Of a stretch of DNA of 64,000 bases, positions 63,411-64,000 are shown in pieces. The stretch covers positions 64,001-128,000 of the IMG/VR virus record IMGVR_UViG_3300028591_000074; one strand, 5' to 3'. The stretch comes from a virus. Its lineage: Duplodnaviria > Caudoviricetes. A program made the translations under genes and the position numbers. The first letter of the stretch is position 1, and the number at the start of each line of letters is the position of its first letter. Below the pieces are notes generated by a model. It did not search any database. It had not been told where the DNA came from and worked only from the letters and a program-made list of their open reading frames with translations.

Positions 63411-63958
63411 TCCCGTTCTCCCCTATAAATATACTTGCTTCAACTATATCGCCATATGTAGTAAAATGAATCATCGGTTTAATCTGATTCAACATTGTAT
63501 GTTCAAGATCGGCCTTACAGTATTCGATAGCTTCATCCCTTGGGCAAAAATCAAGTACATCATGTATATTCCGTTTGCATCTAAACTCTTGAAAGTGCAT
63601 AGTTGTATGAACAGCATTCCGGATCTGAGAATTGTAAGCATCATACAGTTGTTTCATTCTCTCTGAATTAGTTATGATATTATACATGAATTCATTTGCA
63701 CGTTTTAACTTCTTTAGTTTCTGCCGGTTATTCATGAAAATCCTCCTCCCCTCCAGCAAACATACAAAATAGATTATCACTTACTATATCCAATGACTCC
63801 ATATTCATATTGGATAGTATACTGAACCAATGTCTATTACAATTTGCCTTACTGCTATTACATGTTGTCTCACATGGATATGGACAGGATTCACAAGGCA
63901 TAACTGCTGTTATAGAATCTATTATCTTTGCCATATCGGTTCTCATCGCATCTCCCAA
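63394..63958 (-). CDS. Two hypothetical proteins (63394-63780, 63728-63958)
   Basis: ORF track. Confidence 0.5.
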
Positions 63959-64000
63959 AGATCCATATTCTTTACTACGTCAACTATCTTCATTTCATAC

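Noticed and set aside
6287-63666. Numerous plus-strand ORFs opposite minus-strand genes
   Set aside because: Antisense shadows of real genes, with no SDs or recognisable motifs.
1-64000. Genome-wide TAG recoding (genetic code 15)
   Set aside because: Many intact genes (endolysin, UvrD, the MTase at 34923, the S1 protein) end in TAG right before the next gene; only one internal TAG was seen and no CUA-anticodon tRNA is present in the window.

Overview
A 64-kb, AT-rich, densely coding segment that is almost entirely on the minus strand. It reads as part of a large lytic-type phage of a gut or rumen Firmicute; the host is inferred from the amidase endolysin with choline-binding-type repeats and from Firmicute-like Shine-Dalgarno (SD) sites. 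Recognisable genes: NAD salvage (pncB, nadE), a phage sigma factor, endolysin, holin, a tail fibre split by one in-frame TAG, an SMC/SbcC-like ATPase, UvrD and SNF2 helicases, a RecU-like resolvase, an HD hydrolase, a DNA-methyltransferase cluster (one with an intein, one frameshifted, one remnant) and an IscB/omega-RNA element. There are two tRNA regions. The most striking feature is a Ro60-like DUF2828 (helical + vWA) gene preceded by a strictly alternating array of six small RNAs: three free hairpins carrying a bulged ACAGC module, and three tRNA scaffolds whose anticodon loop is replaced by a circular permutation of the same module. Other remodelled tRNA mimics lie nearby, including anticodon-less ones and one with an anti-SD loop. 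Two phage promoter motifs recur across the window, and one of them co-occurs with acidic proteins sharing a short basic N-terminal leader. All calls were made by eye from motifs; no searches were run.
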